Positions 1 through 7,215 of a stretch of 44,656 nucleotides of DNA are shown one piece after another. Each line of letters begins with the position of its first letter. Positions within the stretch are counted from its first letter, which is position 1. The position numbers were made by a program, and so were the translations under genes. The notes under the pieces were generated by a model. The model did no database searches and was not told the origin of the DNA. It saw only the letters and a list, made by a program, of their open reading frames with translations. Source of the stretch: a virus. Location of the stretch: IMG/VR virus record IMGVR_UViG_3300036861_000552, positions 1-44,656 of that record, one strand, 5' to 3'.

Positions 1-120
1 TGCTTCGAATGTGTGCCGGCCACAACGGCAGACATTGCCGCGATTGTAGAAGAGGATAAGGCAACGCGCTGGCCAGTGATCCAAAAAGAACTTGACGCCA
101 AAGACGGGGAGATAGTATAA
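1..120 (+). CDS. 3' part of small Cys-rich protein CDS (duplicate of 44530..44649 created by the terminal repeat)
   Basis: Frame 1 reads CFECVPATTADIAAIVEEDKATRWPVIQKELDAKDGEIV*, identical to the C-terminus of ORF 44416..44649. Confidence 0.5.
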   Translation, partial: CFECVPATTADIAAIVEEDKATRWPVIQKELDAKDGEIV

Positions 121-127
121 TGATCGG
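1..127. repeat. terminal direct repeat, copy A (identical to 44530..44656)
   Basis: Read by eye: tgcttcgaatgtgtgcc...gatagtataatgatcgg occurs at both ends of the window with no mismatch; 127 nt. Confidence 0.95.
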
Positions 128-200
128 CACAGTAATTTTGATGGTAGTTGGTTTCTTCGTGGTGTGTAGTGTGGTAGAATACTTCACAAGAGAGGAGTAA
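120..200 (+). CDS. micro-ORF, 26-aa hydrophobic peptide (MIGTVILMVVGFFVVCSVVEYFTREE)
   Basis: Hand-translated; ATG overlaps upstream stop (TAATG); GGGGAG 8 nt upstream; below ORF-track cutoff; its last codons (GAGGAG) form the RBS of the next gene. Confidence 0.4.
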   Translation: MIGTVILMVVGFFVVCSVVEYFTREE

Positions 201-204
201 CGCC

Positions 205-1173
205 GTGCGTACCGTTTTCACAAATCATATGTGCGCGCACGTTTGGGCGCAAGGTTCACAGGAACACGGGAGAAGCGGGTCAACACATTTTGAGCGTGAC
301 GTGTTTTTCTCCTACTCTACCCCGGTTGCCCGCATCGTGCGGGACACGCGCGGCAACCGCGTTGCCTTGATCACGGCCGCAAGCTACAGCGTCACCACGA
401 GCGGGCACGTATCGGGCGCAAGTCACGCGTTCCACGGTAACGGGGATACGTACCGCGTCCCGAGCCTTGGAGTCAATGCCGGCCGGCACTACGGGGATAC
501 CAGCCCGGAGCCCGATCACGCGCGCAATCTTGCATACCTTATGGAGCAATACGAAACGCAAAAGGGACGGCTCAAGCGGATGCGTTCGGAGCCGTACTCC
601 TCCATTTATGACGCATTAGGACAGGATACCGCGAACGCGGAAGGGTACGCGGATGCGTTCGGGCTCGAATGTGACCTTGACCGCGCGGGGGATGCAATCG
701 CAATTGAAAATGCCCGCGCCGAGCGTGCCGCAAGGCTTGATACGCCAGCATATCGCGCCAAGCGTGAGCGGGAAACCGCGCGACGCGTTGAACGCGAGCA
801 GGAAAGGCAACGCGTTGCTAGGCTCGAATCGGCCGAACGTATCACGCAATGGCGTGCCGGCAATACCTTTGTGCGCTTGGAGTACCATGAAATGCGAACC
901 GCACAAGGCTCGGCGATGCTTCGCCTACGCGGGGAGACCGTCGAAACGTCCCAAGGCGCAACCGTCCCGCTTGCACATGCGCTCATTGCCATGAAACGCG
1001 CGGCACACTGCCACGATACCGGCACAGCATGGGAGCCGAACGGGCACACGCTCCACGTAGGAGCGTTCCAAGTCAACCGCATTTCCGCCAATGGTGACGT
1101 AACGGCGGGATGCCATTTGATTCAATGGGCGGAAATCGAAGCGTTTGCCGCCACCATCAACGCGGAGGTATAA
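205..1173 (+). CDS. hypothetical protein (first large gene of the + arm)
   Basis: 322-aa ORF; GTG start 7 nt after GAGGAG; central Arg/Glu-rich helical stretch RAKRERETARRVEREQERQRVARLE; no family recognised. Confidence 0.75.
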   Translation: MRTVFTNHMCAHVWAQGSQEHGRSGSTHFERDVFFSYSTPVARIVRDTRGNRVALITAASYSVTTSGHVSGASHAFHGNGDTYRVPSLGVNAGRHYGDTSPEPDHARNLAYLMEQYETQKGRLKRMRSEPYSSIYDALGQDTANAEGYADAFGLECDLDRAGDAIAIENARAERAARLDTPAYRAKRERETARRVEREQERQRVARLESAERITQWRAGNTFVRLEYHEMRTAQGSAMLRLRGETVETSQGATVPLAHALIAMKRAAHCHDTGTAWEPNGHTLHVGAFQVNRISANGDVTAGCHLIQWAEIEAFAATINAEV

Positions 1174-1175
1174 CC

Positions 1176-1364
1176 GTGGATCGTCAAGCTATGAGCTACC
1201 GCGCGCAATGGGTCCTGCACGGCATGCGCCGGACGCGCAAAGCCGCAACGCAAGAGATGCAGCGGTTGTGTACCAGCGTCGGAGTCAACGCGCTGATCAC
1301 CAAAGCATTCAACCCGGACGGTGTGACCGTGTGGCTTGTGTGGTATGACAAGCGGGAGGATTGA
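1176..1364 (+). CDS. hypothetical protein
   Basis: Frame of ORF 1110..1364 trimmed to GTG 1176, 7 nt after GGAGG and 3 nt after the upstream stop. Confidence 0.5.
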   Translation: MDRQAMSYRAQWVLHGMRRTRKAATQEMQRLCTSVGVNALITKAFNPDGVTVWLVWYDKRED

Positions 1365-1368
1365 AGAC

Positions 1369-1530
1369 ATGCCGCGCATTGGTCGGCCGTGGAACTTCTA
1401 CAGCATGCCCGGACGCATCGCATGCACGCGAGGGTATCGCCGTTGGCATTGGCTCCCGCGTGCCTACCCCGGCATCGGACACGTCACTACCACACTGTAC
1501 GTGTGGGGATTCTGGAGTCTAGAGCTATAA
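1369..1530 (+). CDS. hypothetical protein (53 aa, Trp/Arg-rich)
   Basis: Frame of ORF 1336..1530 trimmed to ATG 1369, 8 nt after GGGAGGA; competes with the overlapping frame 1389..1745. Confidence 0.35.
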   Translation: MPRIGRPWNFYSMPGRIACTRGYRRWHWLPRAYPGIGHVTTTLYVWGFWSLEL

Positions 1531-1550
1531 CCACGCGCGAAGCACTAGAC

Positions 1551-1745
1551 GTGCTCAAGGCACACTTGCGCGCGCTCCACGCGCAACGGTACCCAACCGA
1601 TGACTACGGGGATGCCGTGGACGCGGATGGGTGGCCGGCCGTGGACCCTTCGCCGGCTGGTGACATTGCGCGGGGATGGGCGCGACAACTATTAGAAGAG
1701 GCTCACGCTAACGGGCAATGCGGTTGCCTACTCTGCCGGGGATGA
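1551..1745 (+). CDS. hypothetical protein (C-terminal CxC/CxxC: GQCGCLLCRG)
   Basis: Protein-like distal part of ORF 1389..1745 (ALDVLKAHLRALHAQRYPTDDYGD...); GTG 1551 is the first start clear of 1369..1530; start uncertain, no clear RBS. Confidence 0.4.
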   Translation: MLKAHLRALHAQRYPTDDYGDAVDADGWPAVDPSPAGDIARGWARQLLEEAHANGQCGCLLCRG

Positions 1746-1773
1746 TCCCAGCCGGCCCGGAGGGAGGTACTCC

Positions 1774-1872
1774 ATGATACGTCTATTGTGTTTTCTCGCG
1801 TGCCTTGGTACACTCATGTGCCTGTCAATGCTCTTGCACGAAGCATACCCCTACCTGTACGCTGGACGGTAG
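1774..1872 (+). CDS. micro-ORF, 32-aa membrane peptide (MIRLLCFLACLGTLMCLSMLLHEAYPYLYAGR)
   Basis: Hand-translated; ATG 6 nt after GGAGGGAGG; hydrophobic N-terminal 21 residues; below ORF-track cutoff. Confidence 0.4.
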   Translation: MIRLLCFLACLGTLMCLSMLLHEAYPYLYAGR

Positions 1873-1896
1873 GCAACAACTATTGGCAACCGAAGG

Positions 1897-2091
1897 GTGG
1901 TGATTCACATGGCAGAGCCGGCCGTAAGGCTTGGGGACATTCGCGTTGACTTGATCCTCCCGCCTATCCCATGCCGTCAATGGGACTGGTGCGCGTGGCG
2001 CGATGGGACGGAGGAGTCTGGACCCTACGGATGGGGTAGCAGTAGCGTGGAAGCAATCACGGACTTGATCGAGCAAGAAGAAAACGCTTGA
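1897..2091 (+). CDS. hypothetical protein
   Basis: 64-aa ORF; GTG 1897 or ATG 1909 (MAEPAVRLG...) downstream of GAAGGGTGG. Confidence 0.5.
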   Translation: MVIHMAEPAVRLGDIRVDLILPPIPCRQWDWCAWRDGTEESGPYGWGSSSVEAITDLIEQEENA

Positions 2092-2129
2092 CTCCATCCG
2101 CACGGCATGAGATACTACTATAGGGCGCA

Positions 2130-2150
2130 GGGACAACATGGGATTGTCCC
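2130..2150 (+). promoter_or_regulatory. perfect 7-bp inverted repeat GGGACAA/TTGTCCC, 7-nt loop, in a 125-nt intergenic gap
   Basis: Seen directly; lies between a TTGACT hexamer (2089) and the RBS of the 2216 gene; function unknown. Confidence 0.3.
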
Positions 2151-2215
2151 AAACGATCCGATCTCGGCGAGACGACTGTTGACCTGCGCCCGTACAACTA
2201 TCGGGAGGTAAAAGC

Positions 2216-2389
2216 ATGGATCACGAAGAGGGATGTCCCTGCCCGGAGTGTGACCCGGATTCCTATGATCCCCGCAACATCGATCCGACTATCGCCTACG
2301 AAGACGATCCCTTTGGCGATGACGAACCGATCGAATTTGACCCAGACCCCGACTTTTTTGGGGAGGAGGATGATGATGTCCCGTTCTAG
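2216..2389 (+). CDS. hyper-acidic 57-aa protein with CPCPEC motif
   Basis: Hand-translated MDHEEGCPCPECDPDSYDPRNIDPTIAYEDDPFGDDEPIEFDPDPDFFGEEDDDVPF; ATG 7 nt after GGGAGG; 23 of 57 residues are D/E; below ORF-track cutoff. Confidence 0.55.
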   Translation: MDHEEGCPCPECDPDSYDPRNIDPTIAYEDDPFGDDEPIEFDPDPDFFGEEDDDVPF

Positions 2390-2630
2390 GACTATCGGCC
2401 GCAAGCTGGTCGAGCGCGAGCTTACTCCCCGAGCATTCCGGCACGGCAAGCCAATCGTGATGGAGAAGGATTTCAACCCGACAGAGTACGGGCCCGGCGA
2501 GGTTGGCGTAAGGAAATCCAACACGCTGATGGTCGCAAACGGTCCGACTATCCTGCACGGGTTGATCAACGGAGGTTCTGATTCCGGTTCCCGCGCGAGC
2601 GAACCGAATTGGTGGAAGGAGGAGAAGTGA
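2370..2630 (+). CDS. hypothetical protein
   Basis: Frame of ORF 2250..2630 trimmed to the ATGATGATG run at 2370, directly after GGGGAGGAGG; overlaps the end of the 2216 gene. Confidence 0.5.
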   Translation: MMMSRSRTIGRKLVERELTPRAFRHGKPIVMEKDFNPTEYGPGEVGVRKSNTLMVANGPTILHGLINGGSDSGSRASEPNWWKEEK

Positions 2631-2869
2631 AAACCACAGCACGCCCGCTCCGTTCACTGGAGCAACGACTATCGGCCGGCAAACAACGCCGTCGCGCGAA
2701 GCGAATCGCACGTAGGATTGAACGTGATCCAGCCAAGCTCCACGCGTTCAAGTTCATGTGCGCTCAGATGTCTCAGTTCCACCAAGAGGTTCGCAGGTTT
2801 AAGTTGAGCCGATGGATCAAGTGGTTGGGTCGGCCCGAGGGGGACGAAAGCCCGAACCCCGGCCTATGA
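2627..2869 (+). CDS. hypothetical basic protein
   Basis: Frame of ORF 2609..2869 trimmed to GTG 2627 (GTGA overlap with upstream stop) after GGAAGGAGGAG; Arg/Lys-rich. Confidence 0.5.
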   Translation: MKTTARPLRSLEQRLSAGKQRRRAKRIARRIERDPAKLHAFKFMCAQMSQFHQEVRRFKLSRWIKWLGRPEGDESPNPGL

Positions 2870-3180
2870 GCATCGACAAAACATCAGCGGCGTGGGCTGC
2901 GGGGTTCTTTGACGGTGAAGGATACGTAGGATGTATCCGTGGGAGACTTCGAGTTGTCGTTGGCCAGAAGGACAGGGAAGTGCTTGATAGGTTTCATGCA
3001 ATCGTAGGTGAAGGCGGTGTGCTGGGGCCATACTTTCCCAAAGGGAAGCAGATTTACCGCTGGCAAGTAGGTGGATATTCAGCTACGAGAAGGGTTTACG
3101 AGATTCTTCGTCTCAACTTGGGGAGGATCAAGGTCGTTCAGTTTTGGAACGCATTCGATAAGTTCAGGGAGGTAAAATGA
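2866..3180 (+). CDS. free-standing single-motif LAGLIDADG homing endonuclease
   Basis: MSIDKTSAAWAAGFFDGEGYVG carries the LAGLIDADG-type helix motif (AGFFDGEG) near the N-terminus; about 104 aa as in homodimeric I-CreI-type enzymes; ATGA overlap with the upstream gene; visibly AT-richer than its flanks. Confidence 0.75.
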   Translation: MSIDKTSAAWAAGFFDGEGYVGCIRGRLRVVVGQKDREVLDRFHAIVGEGGVLGPYFPKGKQIYRWQVGGYSATRRVYEILRLNLGRIKVVQFWNAFDKFREVK

Positions 3181-3368
3181 CTCTGGCTATATACTTAGGC
3201 ACGAAGTACGTTGTCCGAGAGTACGACGAAGGACGAGCCGGCCTGTGGGCCCGCCTCGGGCCGAACTACGACCGCGCCAAAGCCGGGCTCCTCGCCGACT
3301 CCCTGAACCGGGAGCGGGACGCCGAGCTCGAGGAGAAACGTCATCAAAAGTCAAGAGCCTCAGAGTAG
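3177..3368 (+). CDS. hypothetical protein
   Basis: 63-aa ORF, ATGA overlap with upstream stop. Confidence 0.55.
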   Translation: MTLAIYLGTKYVVREYDEGRAGLWARLGPNYDRAKAGLLADSLNRERDAELEEKRHQKSRASE

Positions 3369-3386
3369 CTTCGCTACTCTCTGAGG
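3358..3386 (+). promoter_or_regulatory. stem-loop overlapping the stop codon of 3177..3368 (AGAGTAG/CTACTCT plus CCTC/GAGG)
   Basis: Seen directly; 7-bp perfect stem, 5-nt loop, outer 4 bp after a 2-nt bulge; no T-run follows, so not a classic intrinsic terminator; a second hairpin AGGGTA/TACCCT lies at 3400-3417. Confidence 0.3.
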
Positions 3387-3437
3387 GCCTTGATAAACGA
3401 GGGTAAATCCATACCCTGAAAGGAGTTAATTCTTATC

Positions 3438-4556
3438 ATGGGCGTGATAAAGGTCAACCCCCACAAGAACTGGTTGGACAAGGCCCGGATCCTCGAGACC
3501 GAGGGCTCCGGGGCTCTGGAGAACATCCCAAAGCCCTGGATGCTGATCGAGGGCCTGATCCCCCAAGGTGCGGTCTGTGTGCTGGCGGGGCGCGGGTACT
3601 CGGGCAAGACGTTCCTGGCGATGGAAGCGGCGCGGTCCATCGTCACGGGATCCCCGTTCCTCGGGCACTACAAGGTCCCGGAGTACAGCCGGGGCAACGT
3701 GCTGTTCATCGAGCAGGACTCCCCGAAGTACGACACGGGCAATGCGATCTGGGCGATGATCAAGGAGCAGTGGAAGGCCGAGAAGACAGACATGAACCTC
3801 CAGCAAACGCTCGAAGGGCTTAGGCTGTGCTGGCATCCGGGACTCAATCTGATGCAGCGAATGGATGCGTACTCGATCGCGAAGACGGCCAACTCCCTGT
3901 TCACCCATCTCAAGAACGTGGTGACCTTCGAACCCATCTTCTCCGAAGAGGGTGACATCATCGGCCAGCGCCCGACTGGCGACATCGAACAAGAAGGGTA
4001 TCGAGGATCGAAGCTCATCGTGCTCGACACGCTGCGCGCGTTGAACACGGGCAAGGAGAATGAGTCGGACGACATGGAGCCGATCATTCAGAACCTCAAG
4101 CTGATCCGGCATCTCACTGGAGCAACGATCATCCTGATTCACCACACGGGCGCGGGCGACGAACGCACGCGTGGGTCTACGGCAGTGGAAGACGGCGCAG
4201 ACTTCACGATGTTTGTCAAGGGAAGAAAGGGCAAGGCCAAAGTCGAGATTCGGAAGGCCCGCGCGGTCCAACCGCTCGATTTCAAGTTCGAGATCACGTC
4301 GCAGGAGAAGCCCGAACTCGGGATGACGAAACAGGTCGTGTTCCGTGGTGAGTTGGAGGAACAGGACTCGGACGATGAGGATCCCAATCAGCTTGCGGAA
4401 TACCTCAAGAAGCAGGGCGAGGTCTCACGCGAGCAACTGCTTGAATGGTCAGCACTTAACGGCATGTCATCGGCGACGCTTGATCGCCGGCTCAAGGAAC
4501 TTGCCGTCTCGAAGCGCGCGGAAGGTCGGCGCGTGTTCTACACACTTTCCGCTTGA
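3438..4556 (+). CDS. RecA-fold replicative helicase / RepA-like ATPase with C-terminal winged-helix
   Basis: Walker A GRGYSGKT, Walker B LIVLDTL, IILIHHTG; C-terminal HTH-like LLEWSALNGMSSATLDRRLKEL. Confidence 0.8.
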   Translation: MGVIKVNPHKNWLDKARILETEGSGALENIPKPWMLIEGLIPQGAVCVLAGRGYSGKTFLAMEAARSIVTGSPFLGHYKVPEYSRGNVLFIEQDSPKYDTGNAIWAMIKEQWKAEKTDMNLQQTLEGLRLCWHPGLNLMQRMDAYSIAKTANSLFTHLKNVVTFEPIFSEEGDIIGQRPTGDIEQEGYRGSKLIVLDTLRALNTGKENESDDMEPIIQNLKLIRHLTGATIILIHHTGAGDERTRGSTAVEDGADFTMFVKGRKGKAKVEIRKARAVQPLDFKFEITSQEKPELGMTKQVVFRGELEEQDSDDEDPNQLAEYLKKQGEVSREQLLEWSALNGMSSATLDRRLKELAVSKRAEGRRVFYTLSA

Positions 4557-4605
4557 CGGGGCGCTGTGCGCCATGATAAGGTAGAAGGGTAGGAGGAGGG
4601 GGACA

Positions 4606-4917
4606 ATGAGCTTCGGCAATCGCAAACGACTCATGGAAGAGGTCGAGGGCACGCCCCCGGACCCCTGGCGCAACGACCTCGACGCGTTCCTAGTATCATG
4701 CGAGGACTTGAACGCGGGAGGTCACGGCATCTGGTACGGGAGCAGCGTCGAGGAATCGTACAGCGACGAACTGCATGGCGCGTACAAGGCAATCGACAGC
4801 ATCCTAACGGAGAGCATCGCTCAAGGGAGAACAGAGAGTGTGGAGGGACAAGAAGACCCAGAAGGCTTGGTCGAAGACACGGGCCGGGAAGAGAGCAACC
4901 CAACGGGCAGTGCATAA
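4606..4917 (+). CDS. acidic hypothetical protein
   Basis: 103-aa ORF after GGAGGAGGGGG; strongly D/E-rich, especially the C-terminal third (VEGQEDPEGLVEDTGREE). Confidence 0.6.
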   Translation: MSFGNRKRLMEEVEGTPPDPWRNDLDAFLVSCEDLNAGGHGIWYGSSVEESYSDELHGAYKAIDSILTESIAQGRTESVEGQEDPEGLVEDTGREESNPTGSA

Positions 4918-4940
4918 CACGGTGTTCACGCGAGGAAGAC

Positions 4941-5210
4941 ATGGGACGTAAGAAACCTCCTATGCCAGAAACTAGAGCAAGTCAGGCACTAGATACAGCC
5001 AAGATCATCATAGGGCGTCTTCCAGAAAATTGCGTATATGCTTTTTCTTTGACTGATGACTGCGCAGAGTTGGAGGTATATCCAGACGACAAAAAGCAGT
5101 ACCTCTACGTGTCAATGGACTACCGTTTCGCACCGAAGGAGATGCAGAGAATCGAGATGAGAAGGGGCATCCTGACAGTGATCATCAACCCACCAGAAGA
5201 AGGAGAATGA
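4941..5210 (+). CDS. hypothetical protein
   Basis: Frame of ORF 4698..5210 trimmed to ATG 4941 after GAGGAAG; AT-richer segment. Confidence 0.55.
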   Translation: MGRKKPPMPETRASQALDTAKIIIGRLPENCVYAFSLTDDCAELEVYPDDKKQYLYVSMDYRFAPKEMQRIEMRRGILTVIINPPEEGE

Positions 5211-5211
5211 A

Positions 5212-5466
5212 ATGAGCACGGCAACTCTCAGCACCCCGTTCCCCGCTGTCGGTCAGGTCTGGCGTTCGCGCGATCCGCGCCAGGGCGGCCGCACCATCAC
5301 GATCAAAGGTGTTGGCTCCTCGCGTGTGTCCTTCATCAACGCGCGTGGTGAGCTTCGCACCATCTCCATCGCTCGGCTGCGCCCGTGGGGTCTCACCAAG
5401 GGCTACGAGTTCGTGTCGGTTCTCCTCATCCCGATCCCCGAGTCTGCGCCGGCAGATTCCTTATGA
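5212..5466 (+). CDS. hypothetical protein
   Basis: 84-aa ORF starting 2 nt after the upstream stop. Confidence 0.55.
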   Translation: MSTATLSTPFPAVGQVWRSRDPRQGGRTITIKGVGSSRVSFINARGELRTISIARLRPWGLTKGYEFVSVLLIPIPESAPADSL

Positions 5467-5666
5467 AGTGGACTTACGATCACATCACGGTCTTCTTGAC
5501 GAACGGCACGACTCTCCGGTTCTACAAGGTGACCAACTATGACATGACTGGAGGGTGGATCGCATGTTTCGACTACGAGTCCGCTTCTGATGGCAAGAGC
5601 AATTCGGCCACGCTCTACCTCGATAAGGTCGTCATGGTCGCTGGCGCGAACGGAGTACAGGCATGA
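5463..5666 (+). CDS. hypothetical protein
   Basis: Frame of ORF 5385..5666 trimmed to ATG 5463 (ATGA overlap). Confidence 0.55.
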   Translation: MKWTYDHITVFLTNGTTLRFYKVTNYDMTGGWIACFDYESASDGKSNSATLYLDKVVMVAGANGVQA

Positions 5667-5905
5667 TCCCTCGAATCGTTGAAATCGAATGGGTGGATTC
5701 GGCAACTACTCGGGGCTGGGGTGCTCGCGAGATGTTTCTAGGTACCGGGATTGCTGTGTGCCGAACGGTAGGCTATGTCCTAGAGCACACCAAGAAGCAG
5801 ATCGTAGTGGTGCAGAGCATCTGTATTGACACCGGCAACTACGCCGACAGCATCGCCATCCCTACTAGGTGCATCAAGCGCCTTCGGAGGATCAGTGCGC
5901 GCTGA
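5663..5905 (+). CDS. small hypothetical protein, paralog-like to 42516..42920
   Basis: IVEIEWVDSATTRGW...VGYVLEHTKKQIVVVQSI...SIAIPTRCIKRL parallels LVELYWIDAQGDTS...VGYFVRFVS..PYIVIAMEI...SIPIGWITRW. Confidence 0.6.
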   Translation: MIPRIVEIEWVDSATTRGWGAREMFLGTGIAVCRTVGYVLEHTKKQIVVVQSICIDTGNYADSIAIPTRCIKRLRRISAR

Positions 5906-6857
5906 GAAACTTGAGTACATCAGCGTCTCATCCATCAATGCGTTCCAGTCGGATAGGCTACGCTGGTGTTATGCGTGGCTGGAGAACCGTGTGCCCCGGC
6001 GCACGCCTCAGGCTCTCGTCACGGGCAAGATCGTTCACAAGGCATTCGAGAAGTCCTTCGCCGAGGGGACTCAGGTGGGCGAGGCCCTGGCATCTATTCT
6101 GCCAGCGGTCTCCCCACTTGGCGAAGAAGATTCCTACAACGAACTCAAGTCGCTCATCGAGCCTTTGAGATTCTGGAAGGACTACTTCCCCATCGAAGCT
6201 ACGCTCGAAGTCGAGCAGTCCTTCGAGTTCGAAACGTGGTCGGGTCTTCCGTTCAGAGGTCGGCCCGATAGGGTGGCGGTGATCTTCGGCAAGGCGTTCC
6301 ACATCCAGAACAAGACCATCGGCGCGAGCATCAAGGCCGACAACTACATCAGCGTCGCTCGGCGCAACATGCACGAGTTGCTCTACGGCTGGTACCTGCG
6401 AAACAAGTACAAGGAGATGGGACTGGAGTACAGCGGCACGATATACAACGTGATCCGCAAGCTCAAGTACCGCTCGATGGCGCGCATCAGCAAGAAGCGG
6501 TTGGCTGAGTTGGGTCTACCTGAGGACATCGATCAGGCGAGCCCACTCCTGATGCCTCATCGGGAAATCCTGAACACCCCGGAGGAGATGTTCCTCCAGA
6601 CGGTCATCGGCATGGACGAACGGCAGATCGAATCAGCGCGCGAGGACCTCACGGTTCTCTCGATCGAGATGGAACGCACGGCAGATGCGTACCTGAGCGG
6701 CCGGCCTATCCCATCCACACGGGGAGCCGACAGCGGATACTACGGGAGCAGCATCGATCCGTACACGCTGGTCTTTTTGAATGAGATCAGCTTGGATGAC
6801 GATGAGTTCTTCGCCGATAGAGAAGAAACATATGGCTCCGACGAAGCGTCCTTTTAG
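5895..6857 (+). CDS. PD-(D/E)XK (Cas4/RecB-like) nuclease
   Basis: GRPDRVAVIF...FHIQNKT resembles the D-x(n)-(E/Q)xK core; GTG 5895, 4 nt after GGAGGA; sits near the Sak4-like ATPase, a typical recombination pairing. Confidence 0.6.
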   Translation: MRAEKLEYISVSSINAFQSDRLRWCYAWLENRVPRRTPQALVTGKIVHKAFEKSFAEGTQVGEALASILPAVSPLGEEDSYNELKSLIEPLRFWKDYFPIEATLEVEQSFEFETWSGLPFRGRPDRVAVIFGKAFHIQNKTIGASIKADNYISVARRNMHELLYGWYLRNKYKEMGLEYSGTIYNVIRKLKYRSMARISKKRLAELGLPEDIDQASPLLMPHREILNTPEEMFLQTVIGMDERQIESAREDLTVLSIEMERTADAYLSGRPIPSTRGADSGYYGSSIDPYTLVFLNEISLDDDEFFADREETYGSDEASF

Positions 6858-6929
6858 GACACTCACACCGATCAGTCAATATCAAAGACTTTGGCGTGAG
6901 CGCAACCCGCATCAGAACGAGGAAACGTC

Positions 6930-7160
6930 ATGCCGATATATGTTTATTTGTGTGAGAAGTGCGGCGTCAAGTTCGACGCCTACGACAAGTACACCGACCC
7001 GATGGAGCGGGCGTGCGAGGCGATCGTGGATGATGGTCATGGAGGGGGAGAGCAGTGTGACGGAACCGCCAAGCGCGTGCCCAGCATCCCGGCCCCGGCG
7101 ACGTTTCGATGCTCAATGCCAACTGCCCCAACTCGCCATCATAAGCATGGCAAAGACTAA
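6930..7160 (+). CDS. FmdB-type zinc-ribbon protein
   Basis: N-terminus MPIYVYLCEKCGVKFD matches the MPxYxYxCxxCGxxF zinc-ribbon signature; second Cys pair CEA...QCDG. Confidence 0.55.
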   Translation: MPIYVYLCEKCGVKFDAYDKYTDPMERACEAIVDDGHGGGEQCDGTAKRVPSIPAPATFRCSMPTAPTRHHKHGKD

Positions 7161-7215
7161 ATGGAGAGCGCGGTCATCGAACGCGAACCTTTCAACGAGG
7201 GGAGCAGAATAGACA

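Noticed and set aside
2111-2126. gatactactatagggc resembles the 3' half of a T7-class promoter (cactataggg)
   Set aside because: No single-subunit RNA polymerase gene exists in the genome. The match covers only about 9-10 nt, and no further copies of the motif were seen upstream of other genes.
3358-3417. Two hairpins between 3368 and 3438 as an intrinsic terminator separating the early and replication genes
   Set aside because: Neither hairpin is followed by a T-run. They are listed only as possible RNA structure.
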